Source of the DNA: a bacterium
GTDB taxonomy: Bacteria; Patescibacteriota; Saccharimonadia; Saccharimonadales; UBA4665
Assembly: GCA_021851735.1 (NCBI GenBank)
Contig: JAJZCD010000001.1
Span: 35,078 to 99,077 of the forward strand
Reading direction: 5' to 3'
Length of the DNA: 64,000 nt
This document shows, in pieces, positions 47,380-56,319 of the stretch. A model generated the notes under the pieces. The model made no database searches, was not told the DNA's origin, and saw nothing but the letters and a program-made list of their open reading frames with translations. How positions within the stretch are numbered: position 1 is the first letter of the stretch; each line of letters starts with the position of its first letter. The translations under genes and the position numbers were made by a program.

Positions 47380-48210
47380 ATGATTAGAAAAAAACAACCA
47401 TTATTTGTACACCCTAACCGTCCTTTGGCGCAATTTACTGACGTACTGCACGAAGTGTGGCAACTGCCAGTTTTGGAAGACAAGCGCGGCCAGCATATAG
47501 AGGCCCACTACGAGTTTAACGGGCAGATATGTACACTGCGGTGTTACAGCCGTGTCATACGCGCTGGTGTCGACAGCGGCCCTGTGATGTTGTATTTCCC
47601 CTGGTACGGAGGTAAGAGCACACAATTGTACAAGCTGTTCAATGTTGCAAAGGGCTGGAGGTGTGTCGGTATTGATGTGTTCAGTACTAGAGAGGATTTT
47701 AGAGCTATACTCTCCTCGGCGCTTGGGTCTCAGTATGCTTACGCACTTGCTATGCGTATGACGGCCGAACAAATTCATGCTGTGCATAATGCCCACAAAC
47801 GCGTTGGTGCCATAGGCTTTTCGTTTGGAGCTAATGTGCTAAGTGCGTATGTGTCGCAAGGCTTGGAATTGCCGGATGCTGTTGTATCGATAGAAGGTGG
47901 CGATATATTAGAAACGGCGCTGCAGACAAAATACCGCAAGCACGATGTCGATCCGCAAACGCTGGCAGTCCTTAATCGAGAACCCGGCATTTTGCCGATT
48001 CAGAAGCCTATAACCGGTAAAGCAGCGTCACTGTCTGCGGCAGTAATAAACGATACAGATACTATTGTATTGGGACAATCTGCGCTATGGGGTAATGCTG
48101 CGCACAAGATGCATATCAGTGGGAGACACTTTAGGACGCCGTTTCTCAAACAAGCTAAGATTCGTTTATTTATACGAAACCACTGCGAAGAGCTACTAGT
48201 TGGGTACTAA
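47380..48210 (+). CDS. hypothetical protein, possible alpha/beta hydrolase
   Basis: 276 aa. GxSxG-like IGFSFGANV. Weak call. Confidence 0.3.
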   Translation: MIRKKQPLFVHPNRPLAQFTDVLHEVWQLPVLEDKRGQHIEAHYEFNGQICTLRCYSRVIRAGVDSGPVMLYFPWYGGKSTQLYKLFNVAKGWRCVGIDVFSTREDFRAILSSALGSQYAYALAMRMTAEQIHAVHNAHKRVGAIGFSFGANVLSAYVSQGLELPDAVVSIEGGDILETALQTKYRKHDVDPQTLAVLNREPGILPIQKPITGKAASLSAAVINDTDTIVLGQSALWGNAAHKMHISGRHFRTPFLKQAKIRLFIRNHCEELLVGY

Positions 48211-48233
48211 ATGACTGGCGTAGGCTGCAGTTA

Positions 48234-48866
48234 TTAGTTATCGCCACCACCACCTCCGTCGCCACCACCACCACCACTCGGTGCGGGTATGTAGACGGGA
48301 GTGATAATCTTCTGGATGATAATTTGCGTCCTTGTTTGTACTTGAACTTTAGGAACAACTGGTTTGGCAACGACTTGAAAGTCAGCATAAGGGAGCGCGG
48401 TGTAGTTCGTGGCTAACCCAACGATACGATATATACCTGGCTTATTAAAGAGTTGCGGCCATTTAGCGAAGCTTTGCGTATAGGAGCCACCCGCCGGTAT
48501 GGTCCGCTGCTTAGGCTCACCCGCACAGGCCGATGCGGCCGCCGTACTATGGATGCGCACCCATGAATTATTGGTCCACGAGTATACGTACAATGGTTCT
48601 TGTGGGCAGGTATTGACAAATGAGATTGGCGTGTCCAAATTGTTTTTGAGCGTGTAGCTAATCTTCTCTCCAACAGTATACTTTGTTTTTGAAGTGGTCA
48701 GCTGCAAAGTACCGCTTGCAAAACTGAGTGTGTTCACGCGCTTAGCCTGCCAATAGACAGAGAAGATAAAAGCTGAGATTAACAGCACGTACAACAGAAT
48801 CCATCCTGATAGGCGTTTGCGCTTGTTTCGCTCGCGAATGGTGGTGACGGTAGTCGTTGGACTCAT
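48234..48866 (-). CDS. membrane-anchored extracytoplasmic beta-domain protein with poly-Gly/Asp tail
   Basis: 210 aa. N-terminal basic stretch plus TM (WILLYVLLISAFIFSVYW), Ig-like beta region, C-terminal PSGGGGGDGGGGGDN. Starts 5 nt downstream of the ferric-reductase-like gene. Confidence 0.35.
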   Translation of the reverse strand: MSPTTTVTTIRERNKRKRLSGWILLYVLLISAFIFSVYWQAKRVNTLSFASGTLQLTTSKTKYTVGEKISYTLKNNLDTPISFVNTCPQEPLYVYSWTNNSWVRIHSTAAASACAGEPKQRTIPAGGSYTQSFAKWPQLFNKPGIYRIVGLATNYTALPYADFQVVAKPVVPKVQVQTRTQIIIQKIITPVYIPAPSGGGGGDGGGGGDN

Positions 48867-48871
48867 TACGC

Positions 48872-49618
48872 TTACACTCTCCTACGCAATCGATAGACAA
48901 TGGCGACAGCAATGCTTATGCCGAACGCAATCCATATGACCCGGAAGATACCGTGCGTCAGATCGGTACCGAGAAAAAGTGCATGGAAGAAGACGAAGAT
49001 TATTGTTAAGTAAGCGAGAAAATGAAACGCTTTCCAGGTGTGAGGTTTCTTGTCTATCCAGAGGATTGATGTCAATATGATGGCGAGTACACAGTAAAGT
49101 GACAAAATGCCGAGTGCTACGTATAGGGAACCGAGATGGTGGCCGGCTATGGATACTTCGCGGTAGTTTGACCGGAATGGGATAAGAATCTGGATGATCG
49201 TGAAGGGTACGTATTTATCGAATAGTAGCGCCACGACGTGAATTACAGATGAGATCGCGAAGACGTAAGCAACTGCTTTGTGTGTTGCCCATGCAGTTAA
49301 CGGCTCAAGAAATTTGAACGTTTTGCCGGTAATAAAGCCAATCCCTGAAAGCATCAGCAGCACTAGTGAAAATGCTGCCACAAATCCGGCTGCTCTGGTA
49401 ATGTACCAAGGCCATGATGCCTTTGCGCGCGTTTCAAGCTGTTTTGAAACTGAAGGTCCTTGTACAGGTTGGATAATAATGTTTGGTGAAGCACTGGTAG
49501 TAAACTGCGACGTAGCTGATGAGACATTTGCTGCTGCAAAAACCGGAGAAGTTTGCAGTAAGCTTGCTGCAAATGCTAATAGGATAATGAGCTGAGCGAT
49601 TGCGGGTACTTTACGCAT
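48872..49618 (-). CDS. ferric-reductase-type (FRD/MsrQ-like) di-heme transmembrane protein
   Basis: 248 aa. Signal peptide, then ~5 TM helices. Two intramembrane His pairs with i/i+14 and i/i+13 spacing (HKAVAYVFAISSVIH and HFLAYLTIIFVFFH), as in the bis-heme FRD superfamily. Confidence 0.5.
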   Translation of the reverse strand: MRKVPAIAQLIILLAFAASLLQTSPVFAAANVSSATSQFTTSASPNIIIQPVQGPSVSKQLETRAKASWPWYITRAAGFVAAFSLVLLMLSGIGFITGKTFKFLEPLTAWATHKAVAYVFAISSVIHVVALLFDKYVPFTIIQILIPFRSNYREVSIAGHHLGSLYVALGILSLYCVLAIILTSILWIDKKPHTWKAFHFLAYLTIIFVFFHALFLGTDLTHGIFRVIWIAFGISIAVAIVYRLRRRV

Positions 49619-50597
49619 AGTTATTTTCTATCATTATACCATTACCGAAACGAAGTAAACGGGGTACTTTTTTATCAGAGCGACATTGCATCACGGCGGC
49701 ACGTACGCCCTGCCGTTTGAGAAATGGCACACAGTGATCGCTGCCCAATATAACCGCGCAGCTTGCCAACACATCAGCGCGGAGCACTGAATCGTCACAT
49801 ATGGTGGCGAGCAATATGTCCGTTTCAGCGGGCTGGCGCGTGCGCGGGTCTATAAGGTGGTGCCACTGCCTTCCCTGTTTTGTGCCATGATGCACCGTAA
49901 TGCCTGATGTAGCTACGCCACAATGACGTGAGATTGTAAACGTACCAATGTTTTTTGTTTGGTCGACCGCACTTTGTATACCAACTGACCACGATTCTTT
50001 ATGTTCGTCATTGCCGCCAATCGCTATATCTCCACCGAATGAAAGCCAGTAACCGGTTATAATGTCTGGCAGGTCGCGACGTAGTTGGTCGGCTAAGTAG
50101 CCTTTACCGCAGCCGCCTAGGTCAAGTGCAGTACCGTAGGGTATACGTGCCCAATTGTCTTCGATTTCTAATCGGTCGATCGACGTGACCGATTTGCGCG
50201 AATGATCATCCACAGTGTCTTGTTCGCGTCCAGGCACTCGAGAATGAACGTATCCGGACGCTTGCAGTGCCGGCAGGACAAACGGATTATATAAACCATC
50301 GGTTTTGAGAGCCATAGCTTGGGCCGCAAGCAGTATGTCATGGAATGCTGGAGATATGACTTGTTTACTACCGGCATTCCGGTTGAACATAGATAGCTCG
50401 CTGCCGGGTAAAAATCGACTGAACTGACGCTCAAATAAAAATATCGCTCGCCAGAGCTTCTTGTACAGTGCATCTATCTTGGATGTACTTGCGTCACTCA
50501 CCAGTACTATGCCAGTTTTACTTCCTAGTGCGATACACTCTTGGTAGTACTGCATGTCTGAATCTAAATACAGCGGCCCGATGGGGTCGTTTGACAA
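49611..50597 (-). CDS. apbE: FAD:protein FMN transferase (ApbE family), no signal peptide
   Basis: 328 aa. LDLGGCGKGYLAD, FGGDIAIGG, GVATSG and HHLIDPRT motifs. The N-terminus is hydrophilic. The start may be the internal ATG at 50555. Confidence 0.8.
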   Translation of the reverse strand: MSNDPIGPLYLDSDMQYYQECIALGSKTGIVLVSDASTSKIDALYKKLWRAIFLFERQFSRFLPGSELSMFNRNAGSKQVISPAFHDILLAAQAMALKTDGLYNPFVLPALQASGYVHSRVPGREQDTVDDHSRKSVTSIDRLEIEDNWARIPYGTALDLGGCGKGYLADQLRRDLPDIITGYWLSFGGDIAIGGNDEHKESWSVGIQSAVDQTKNIGTFTISRHCGVATSGITVHHGTKQGRQWHHLIDPRTRQPAETDILLATICDDSVLRADVLASCAVILGSDHCVPFLKRQGVRAAVMQCRSDKKVPRLLRFGNGIMIENNYA

Positions 50598-51676
50598 GCT
50601 GGTGCCGGAGCTTTTATTGGTGCGGCGTATATTGGTGCAATGGTCTGCGGCTGTGGGTTGGCGGTACTTGGAGAGGTACCTTGCGATTGGTTGTTTGTCG
50701 ATATCTTTGGGGTAGTTGGTGCGGTAATGACGTCTGGTGACGGAGGGATCGTATTGACAAGCTGATCAAGTTGTTTCTGGCGTGCGTTTGTAATAATGTA
50801 CGGCGTTGTCTTGGTTGGCTTTTGAGTAGTCGTTGGCGGTAGGTTCCGTAAAAGGTCGCTAACCATTACGACGAATGTTCCGAGCGCAATACCGACGGCG
50901 CCGAGTGTGTAGGCGTTAGCTGGCCAACTGCGCAAGATGCTGGTTTGCTTAGGTGATGATTGCGTGAATGCCTCAGATAGTACGTTGGTCTTTGGCGCAC
51001 CTTGCTTGGTGAGCGTGCCTGACATTGCCTTCATGAATACGGGAGGTCCGCAGATGAAGAACCTACGGTCATCGTAATGTTTATTGGTGACCTGGTCGAG
51101 TAGCTCAGGAGTGACGCGCCCAGTCACAGCTTGCTCTTTTGGAAGCTGATCAGCTGGACCGTGGCCGATTACGAATATAACCTTGAGGTTCGGGTGAGTT
51201 TGCTGGATGGCACGTAGCTCGTCGCCAAACGGTATGTCATCTTGTGTCGCGCAACTATACAACAGGGTTACGTCGTTATCGGCATTGAGCGCACTGAGAT
51301 ACCGCATCATACTTATAAACGGCGTTATTCCGATACCGCCGGCTATGAAGACAGCAGTCTTATCGCGAGATGTGTCAAAGACGAAACCACCGAAGGGCCC
51401 ATTGACATCAACTAAGTCGCCTTGCTGGAGTTTACTTAAAGACGTTGTAAAGTGCCCCCTGACCCGCATACTGAACTGTAATGTATGTTGGTCGGTTGGC
51501 GAACTAACGATTGAAAAGCAACGAGCATGAGAAAGCTTATTACGCTTTTGGTAGCTAATTGCAGCGTATTGCCCAGGTTGGAATGCCAGTGGGCGTTCAG
51601 ATTCATCGCGTTGTAGTGTTAGCCGTAAGGTTGACGGTGTTACCTTTGTGCTTTCTTGAACAATATAGGTAGGCAT
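50564..51676 (-). CDS. FNR-like FAD/NAD(P)H oxidoreductase with C-terminal TM anchor and Pro/Thr-rich tail
   Basis: 370 aa. FQPGQYAAI, RCFSIVSSP (RxYS-type FAD motif), FIAGGIGITP, FICGPP. Then a TM (YTLGAVGIALGTFVVMV) and a ~90-aa P/T/Q-rich tail ending CQTTPSGRC. Confidence 0.8.
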   Translation of the reverse strand: MPTYIVQESTKVTPSTLRLTLQRDESERPLAFQPGQYAAISYQKRNKLSHARCFSIVSSPTDQHTLQFSMRVRGHFTTSLSKLQQGDLVDVNGPFGGFVFDTSRDKTAVFIAGGIGITPFISMMRYLSALNADNDVTLLYSCATQDDIPFGDELRAIQQTHPNLKVIFVIGHGPADQLPKEQAVTGRVTPELLDQVTNKHYDDRRFFICGPPVFMKAMSGTLTKQGAPKTNVLSEAFTQSSPKQTSILRSWPANAYTLGAVGIALGTFVVMVSDLLRNLPPTTTQKPTKTTPYIITNARQKQLDQLVNTIPPSPDVITAPTTPKISTNNQSQGTSPSTANPQPQTIAPIYAAPIKAPAPACQTTPSGRCI

Positions 51677-51832
51677 GCTTGTGGCTATTATAGCATCAGA
51701 ATATGTCTGATTTGATTGTTTTTTTGCATGATAGGCACTATTTGTAATGGATGCCTATAACTCCTTTCTATCCGGGGTTATTGCTTAACAAATTTCTAGC
51801 GCGTACACTAGATTACAAGGGAGCTATGATAC

Positions 51833-51997
51833 ATGGCAAAGCAGACTGTAGCTATAATTTTTGTACTTGTGATGGTTGCTACTATCGTTACGGTAGATCT
51901 AACACTCTTTAGACATCAGTTTCGAGAGCGATTGTTGTCAAACGTAGGTATCGTGTTAATTTTTATGGCTGTCTATCTACGGTTCCTGCAGCGATAG
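51833..51997 (+). CDS. small two-TM membrane protein (54 aa), not in ORF track
   Basis: AAGGGAG RBS 9 nt upstream of the ATG. Translation is MAKQTVAIIFVLVMVATIVTVDLTLFRHQFRERLLSNVGIVLIFMAVYLRFLQR, two hydrophobic helices flanking a basic loop. Confidence 0.35.
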   Translation: MAKQTVAIIFVLVMVATIVTVDLTLFRHQFRERLLSNVGIVLIFMAVYLRFLQR

Positions 51998-52333
51998 GCC
52001 ATGGTGTTCATGTAGGGGCACTGGATGGAGATCCGCAGCTACTGGCTTGTATACTTTCGGGATACGTACCCGGCGTAAATTTTTACTGGATTTTGCGGTA
52101 ACTTGTATTGTAATGAAAATGGCTTGCCCAGAAGCCCTACGTAATTTATTACGTGCATGCAGTACTTTCACCTCACTGATTATAGTATCTTAAACTGCGT
52201 ACATCTATAGAAGTGTGCAGCATTGGTATGTTGTAGCCATAGATAGTACTGTGTCTTCAATCCGGTCGTAAGGGTGCTTACGCCGCGCCGCGGTGGATGG
52301 TACAATTTAAGGTAAAGCGTTAGGGGATATTGT

Positions 52334-53338
52334 ATGGCAGAGCTAACCTACTATCAGGTTTTGGGATTGTCGGAAGGTGCTACTACCAGTGAGATAAAGG
52401 CACGTTACCGAAAGCTTGCAAAGCGATATCATCCTGATTGTCGTGGAAATACACAGCTCATGGCCCAGATTAATACTGCATACACCGCACTCGCTGATCC
52501 TAGACAGCGCTATAGGTACGATCAGGAGCTTAAGCGGACGTCGGTACGACACACAACACCATCACATGAGCCTAGGCCTACCCGTTCACAGCCGCCTTCC
52601 GGAGTTGTTGATAATAATCGTGATTCAACGCAATGGTTCTCTTGGTGGAAGCTATGGGCTGTCGGAAGCTCAATTATGCTTGCCGCTATCATTGTTCTGT
52701 CTCTCACGCCTCATGGCAGTATGCATTATTCGAAACACGTCAGCGCTGCTAAAGTTTCAAATAGTGCGACAAAAGCGGGTACGAAGGCGGTAGTCGGGGT
52801 GCAGCCTGTATCAACCGCATCTGGTCAGCAGACTGATCAAGCGAAGTCACAAATGGAAAAAGCAGAGTTATGGGTGTCACAATACGAAAAGCGTGTTGGA
52901 CAAGATATACATCAATTCCAGCATGACCACAAATGGGCTCAAAATCCTAAAGGCGTCAATGACCGTATTGTGACGAGTGCATTCTCTGCAACGATGACGC
53001 CCACAAGCGCTCCGCTTCCCCGCCCGTTTGCTCTTCCACATAGTTTCGGTGTACTGCAGGGTACGTATTATTACAAAGTTGCATTTGTAACGCTTAATGG
53101 TACGGAATCAAATCTTGGGCCAGCGTCTGTGGGCGTTACGTTGAACCACCAAGCGGCATTACTGTCTCATATACCGATAAGCCCTGATAGCTCAGTATCG
53201 GACCGAATAATCTATCGTACAAAAGCTAATGCAAAGGCGTCAGGTACATATTACTATCTGACATCAATACACAATAATTCCACAACTTCATACCTTGACG
53301 ATACTCCTGATAACAGTCTTGTATCGGTAGCTTATTGA
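52334..53338 (+). CDS. J-domain (DnaJ-like) membrane protein with extracytoplasmic C-terminal domain
   Basis: 334 aa. YYQVLGL...KARYRKLAKRYHPD (HPD motif), a central TM (WWKLWAVGSSIMLAAIIVLSL), and a ~200-aa C-terminal region of unknown fold. Confidence 0.8.
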   Translation: MAELTYYQVLGLSEGATTSEIKARYRKLAKRYHPDCRGNTQLMAQINTAYTALADPRQRYRYDQELKRTSVRHTTPSHEPRPTRSQPPSGVVDNNRDSTQWFSWWKLWAVGSSIMLAAIIVLSLTPHGSMHYSKHVSAAKVSNSATKAGTKAVVGVQPVSTASGQQTDQAKSQMEKAELWVSQYEKRVGQDIHQFQHDHKWAQNPKGVNDRIVTSAFSATMTPTSAPLPRPFALPHSFGVLQGTYYYKVAFVTLNGTESNLGPASVGVTLNHQAALLSHIPISPDSSVSDRIIYRTKANAKASGTYYYLTSIHNNSTTSYLDDTPDNSLVSVAY

Positions 53339-53521
53339 GTGTTCGGTTGAGTTATTGACGACTACCTTCTCCTTGATACGTTAGTGGATTTTTGGAGTAC
53401 GGCGATCTAGGCTTGGTTATATTGCGTAGGCCGCTGCAGTATTACCAGATTGGCAGCTATTACCTGCTGATGTGCGGTCGATATGGTGTAATTCAATCGC
53501 ATACACATTTATTGTTTGTAA

Positions 53522-55642
53522 TTATTTTTTACCGGCAGACCAGAGTTTTGATGGCCACCAGATTACCTTTCCTAAATCGTAGCTTATTGCTGGCACGAGT
53601 AAGGATCTTACTAGAATGGTGTCGAGTAATACTCCGAAAGATACGATGAAGGCGATCTGTGCCAAAAATAAAATCGGTATGACGGATAGTGCTGCAAATG
53701 TAGCTGCCAGCACAACTCCAGCTGACGTTATAACGTTACCGGTGATTGACAGTCCTTTTACAATCCCCTGTTTGGTACCAGATCGTAATGATTCTTCCCG
53801 TACTCTAGTCATGAGAAAAATATTGTAATCAATGCCCAAGGCGACCAAGAATATGAAGCCGAACAGTGGGACGGACGGATCAGCGCCCGGAAAATGCATG
53901 ATGTGGTTAAAGACGAACGCGGATGTCCCAAGTGTTGCCGCATACGAGAGTATGACACTGAGTATCAATATGACAGGCGCCAAGAGGGACCTTAGTAACA
54001 CTATGAGTATTACTAAGATTACTACAAGCACCAGTGGAATAATTCTATGCAGGTCGTTCTTGGCGGTTGTATTGCTGTCCAGTTGGATCGCACTTGTTCC
54101 TCCTATAAGCGCGTACAAGTTATCTTGCGCGAGGCTATCGCGTAGCCGTGTAATTGTTTGTTGGGCTGTTTTCGACTCAGGTTCGGTGGTGAGTGTAGCG
54201 TTTAGTAGCACCTGGTTATTTTTTATGGAGATCTCATTTGAGTTAATAGAGCCCAAGGGTCTTTGTCCTTGGTAGGTTAAAATTGTCGGGTTGACGACAT
54301 ACTTATTTTGAGCAACTACTTGCATAACTTTTTTGTAGTCTTTGGTGAGTGCTACGATAACTATCGGGCTGCCGCTACCGGCCGGAAAATGTTGTTTAAG
54401 CACAGCTTGGCCGGCGACGGCGTTAGAGTGACCGAGAATAGTCTGCGTGTTAGGAACTCCTGACGCGTTAAGCTGTGCCAGGCCAAACGCTAATATGATC
54501 AATGCTGCTGAGGTGACCCGCCAAATTGTAGCGGGCTTCTTAGCTACAAAACCGGCTATTTTACTCCACAATGTTGGCTTACTGCTTATCTGGGCCGCAT
54601 ACCGAGGCTCGAACGGCCAGAATGCTTTCCTTCCGAAGATAATTAGTATTGCCGGCAAAAAGCTCAGCGCTGCTAAAAATGAGAATGCTATGCCAAAAGC
54701 AGCGACTGGGCCAAGACTCTTATTGGAGTACAGGTCGGAAAATAACAGACAAAGTAGTGCGAGGATTACTGTCAAAGCGGAAGCGCCGATTGGCTCGATC
54801 ACTGCCCGTAGTGAACTGATCATTGCCGACCATTTTGATTCAATGTGGTGCAACGACTCTCGATAACGTGCGACTAAGAGCAAAGAGTAGTCTGTAGCCG
54901 CTCCGATAACCAAAATCGATAGTATACCTTGGCTCTCGCCGTTAAGCTTGATGATGCCGTGGAGGGCTAATTGATAAATTAGTAGTATTGCGCCGGTGAG
55001 CGCAAACATTGCAGTAAGCAATACAATGACGGGCAAAATGATAGAGCGGTATACTAACAGGAGAATAACAAAGACACTAATTAGTGCTACAACCAAGAGT
55101 ATGCCGTCAATACCGCTGAAAGCGTCTACGAGGTCTGCAGATAAGCCTGCTGGACCGGTGACATAGTATTTCATGCTTTCCGGCGCGTGTTTGGAGAGCA
55201 TATTTCTCAGCTCTTTGATGGTTGTTGGTGTGTTTGAAGAGCTTTCAACGGTCACGATATATTCAACGGCCCGTCCGTCTTTTGAAGTTATTGGCCCGAG
55301 TATGGCGTGTACTGACTTACTAACACCTGAGATATTTTTTATGGAGTTATCTAGCTGTTCCAATGCTCTGAGTTGCTGCTGGTTAATTCTCTTGGAACTG
55401 GTTACGACGATTATCGCGGGGATGGTATTAGTTTTGTAGAATTTCTGCTCTATCTTCGCGACTTTCGTTGAAGCGGCACTTGTTGGTAAAAAAGCTACCT
55501 GATTGTTGTCTATGACGTTATTTAATTTCGAAAAAGTTTTGCCTCCGAAACCCGAAATGCCCAGCCAAACTAGTATGGTGACTACCGGTAGTAGTATCCT
55601 AAGCCATTTTGGAAATTGAGGAATTATAGGCTTCATCAGCAT
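53522..55642 (-). CDS. mmpL: MMPL/RND-superfamily membrane transporter
   Basis: 706 aa. Two blocks of 6 TM helices, each preceded by a soluble loop. GAATDYSLLLVARYRE and ALGIDYNIFLMTRVREE are MMPL hallmarks. Confidence 0.85.
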   Translation of the reverse strand: MLMKPIIPQFPKWLRILLPVVTILVWLGISGFGGKTFSKLNNVIDNNQVAFLPTSAASTKVAKIEQKFYKTNTIPAIIVVTSSKRINQQQLRALEQLDNSIKNISGVSKSVHAILGPITSKDGRAVEYIVTVESSSNTPTTIKELRNMLSKHAPESMKYYVTGPAGLSADLVDAFSGIDGILLVVALISVFVILLLVYRSIILPVIVLLTAMFALTGAILLIYQLALHGIIKLNGESQGILSILVIGAATDYSLLLVARYRESLHHIESKWSAMISSLRAVIEPIGASALTVILALLCLLFSDLYSNKSLGPVAAFGIAFSFLAALSFLPAILIIFGRKAFWPFEPRYAAQISSKPTLWSKIAGFVAKKPATIWRVTSAALIILAFGLAQLNASGVPNTQTILGHSNAVAGQAVLKQHFPAGSGSPIVIVALTKDYKKVMQVVAQNKYVVNPTILTYQGQRPLGSINSNEISIKNNQVLLNATLTTEPESKTAQQTITRLRDSLAQDNLYALIGGTSAIQLDSNTTAKNDLHRIIPLVLVVILVILIVLLRSLLAPVILILSVILSYAATLGTSAFVFNHIMHFPGADPSVPLFGFIFLVALGIDYNIFLMTRVREESLRSGTKQGIVKGLSITGNVITSAGVVLAATFAALSVIPILFLAQIAFIVSFGVLLDTILVRSLLVPAISYDLGKVIWWPSKLWSAGKK

Positions 55643-55797
55643 AATAGTAGCCTAACTGTTAGGAATCTACAAAAGCAATTATTACTGGCTCTAAGCATTT
55701 CGCCGTATATACTTTCACTGGCTGGCAAGTGCTAGCAGATTAGACCCATCGTTTGGCGGTATGCTATCTATAGCGCAGAAATGGTATGCATGGAAAA

Positions 55798-56316
55798 CTA
55801 AAGTTTACGTGTATCATATGCCCAGTGTAACAAGGCTTGCCGTCGTCGAGGCTGGCACGTTATTTCACCTCGCGTACAAGCTTTTTGTAATTGCGTAATG
55901 TGCCGCCTCATAGCTAGCCAGCGTCGTATCTGACGGTTGTCTTCGTCGGGAATACGGCGGCCAAGAAAATAGCGGCAATACCATAGGAACCAGCCCTTGG
56001 GGTCTTCGAAGTAGATCCAGCCTTTGCGCTGCCACACCGCGAGTGGTTGGCTCGCGTTGACACCGAAATAATTCCACTCAGGATGCGCTCCGTCAGTAGA
56101 TAGCTTGACATTAGTAAACCAATCTTCAGGGAATTCACGAGGAGCTTCATGAAAATAGTCTCCACCGAAGATGCCGAGAGCAAGCAATTCCTTCGGGGTG
56201 AGTTGTGGTCGGAAGGCTGGGTCAAAGCCCTTCCCCTCCGGAGCGGTCAGGCTGTAGCTATATCCTTCTTGATATGTTTCGTTGACCGCAACGACGGTAC
56301 GGTATTGATGTTGCAT
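55798..56316 (-). CDS. hypothetical Trp/Arg-rich cytoplasmic protein
   Basis: 172 aa. Coherent composition (QRKGWIYFEDPKGWFLWYCRYFLGRR). Starts 3 nt after the upstream gene ends. Confidence 0.35.
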   Translation of the reverse strand: MQHQYRTVVAVNETYQEGYSYSLTAPEGKGFDPAFRPQLTPKELLALGIFGGDYFHEAPREFPEDWFTNVKLSTDGAHPEWNYFGVNASQPLAVWQRKGWIYFEDPKGWFLWYCRYFLGRRIPDEDNRQIRRWLAMRRHITQLQKACTRGEITCQPRRRQALLHWAYDTRKL

Positions 56317-56319
56317 TGC

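Noticed and set aside
48240-48285. Repetitive GGTGGTGG/GCCACC-type tract, and the similar tract at 40260..40320
   Set aside because: These are in-frame Gly/Asp or Gly/Ser codon runs encoding low-complexity linkers or tails. They are not CRISPR repeats or satellites.
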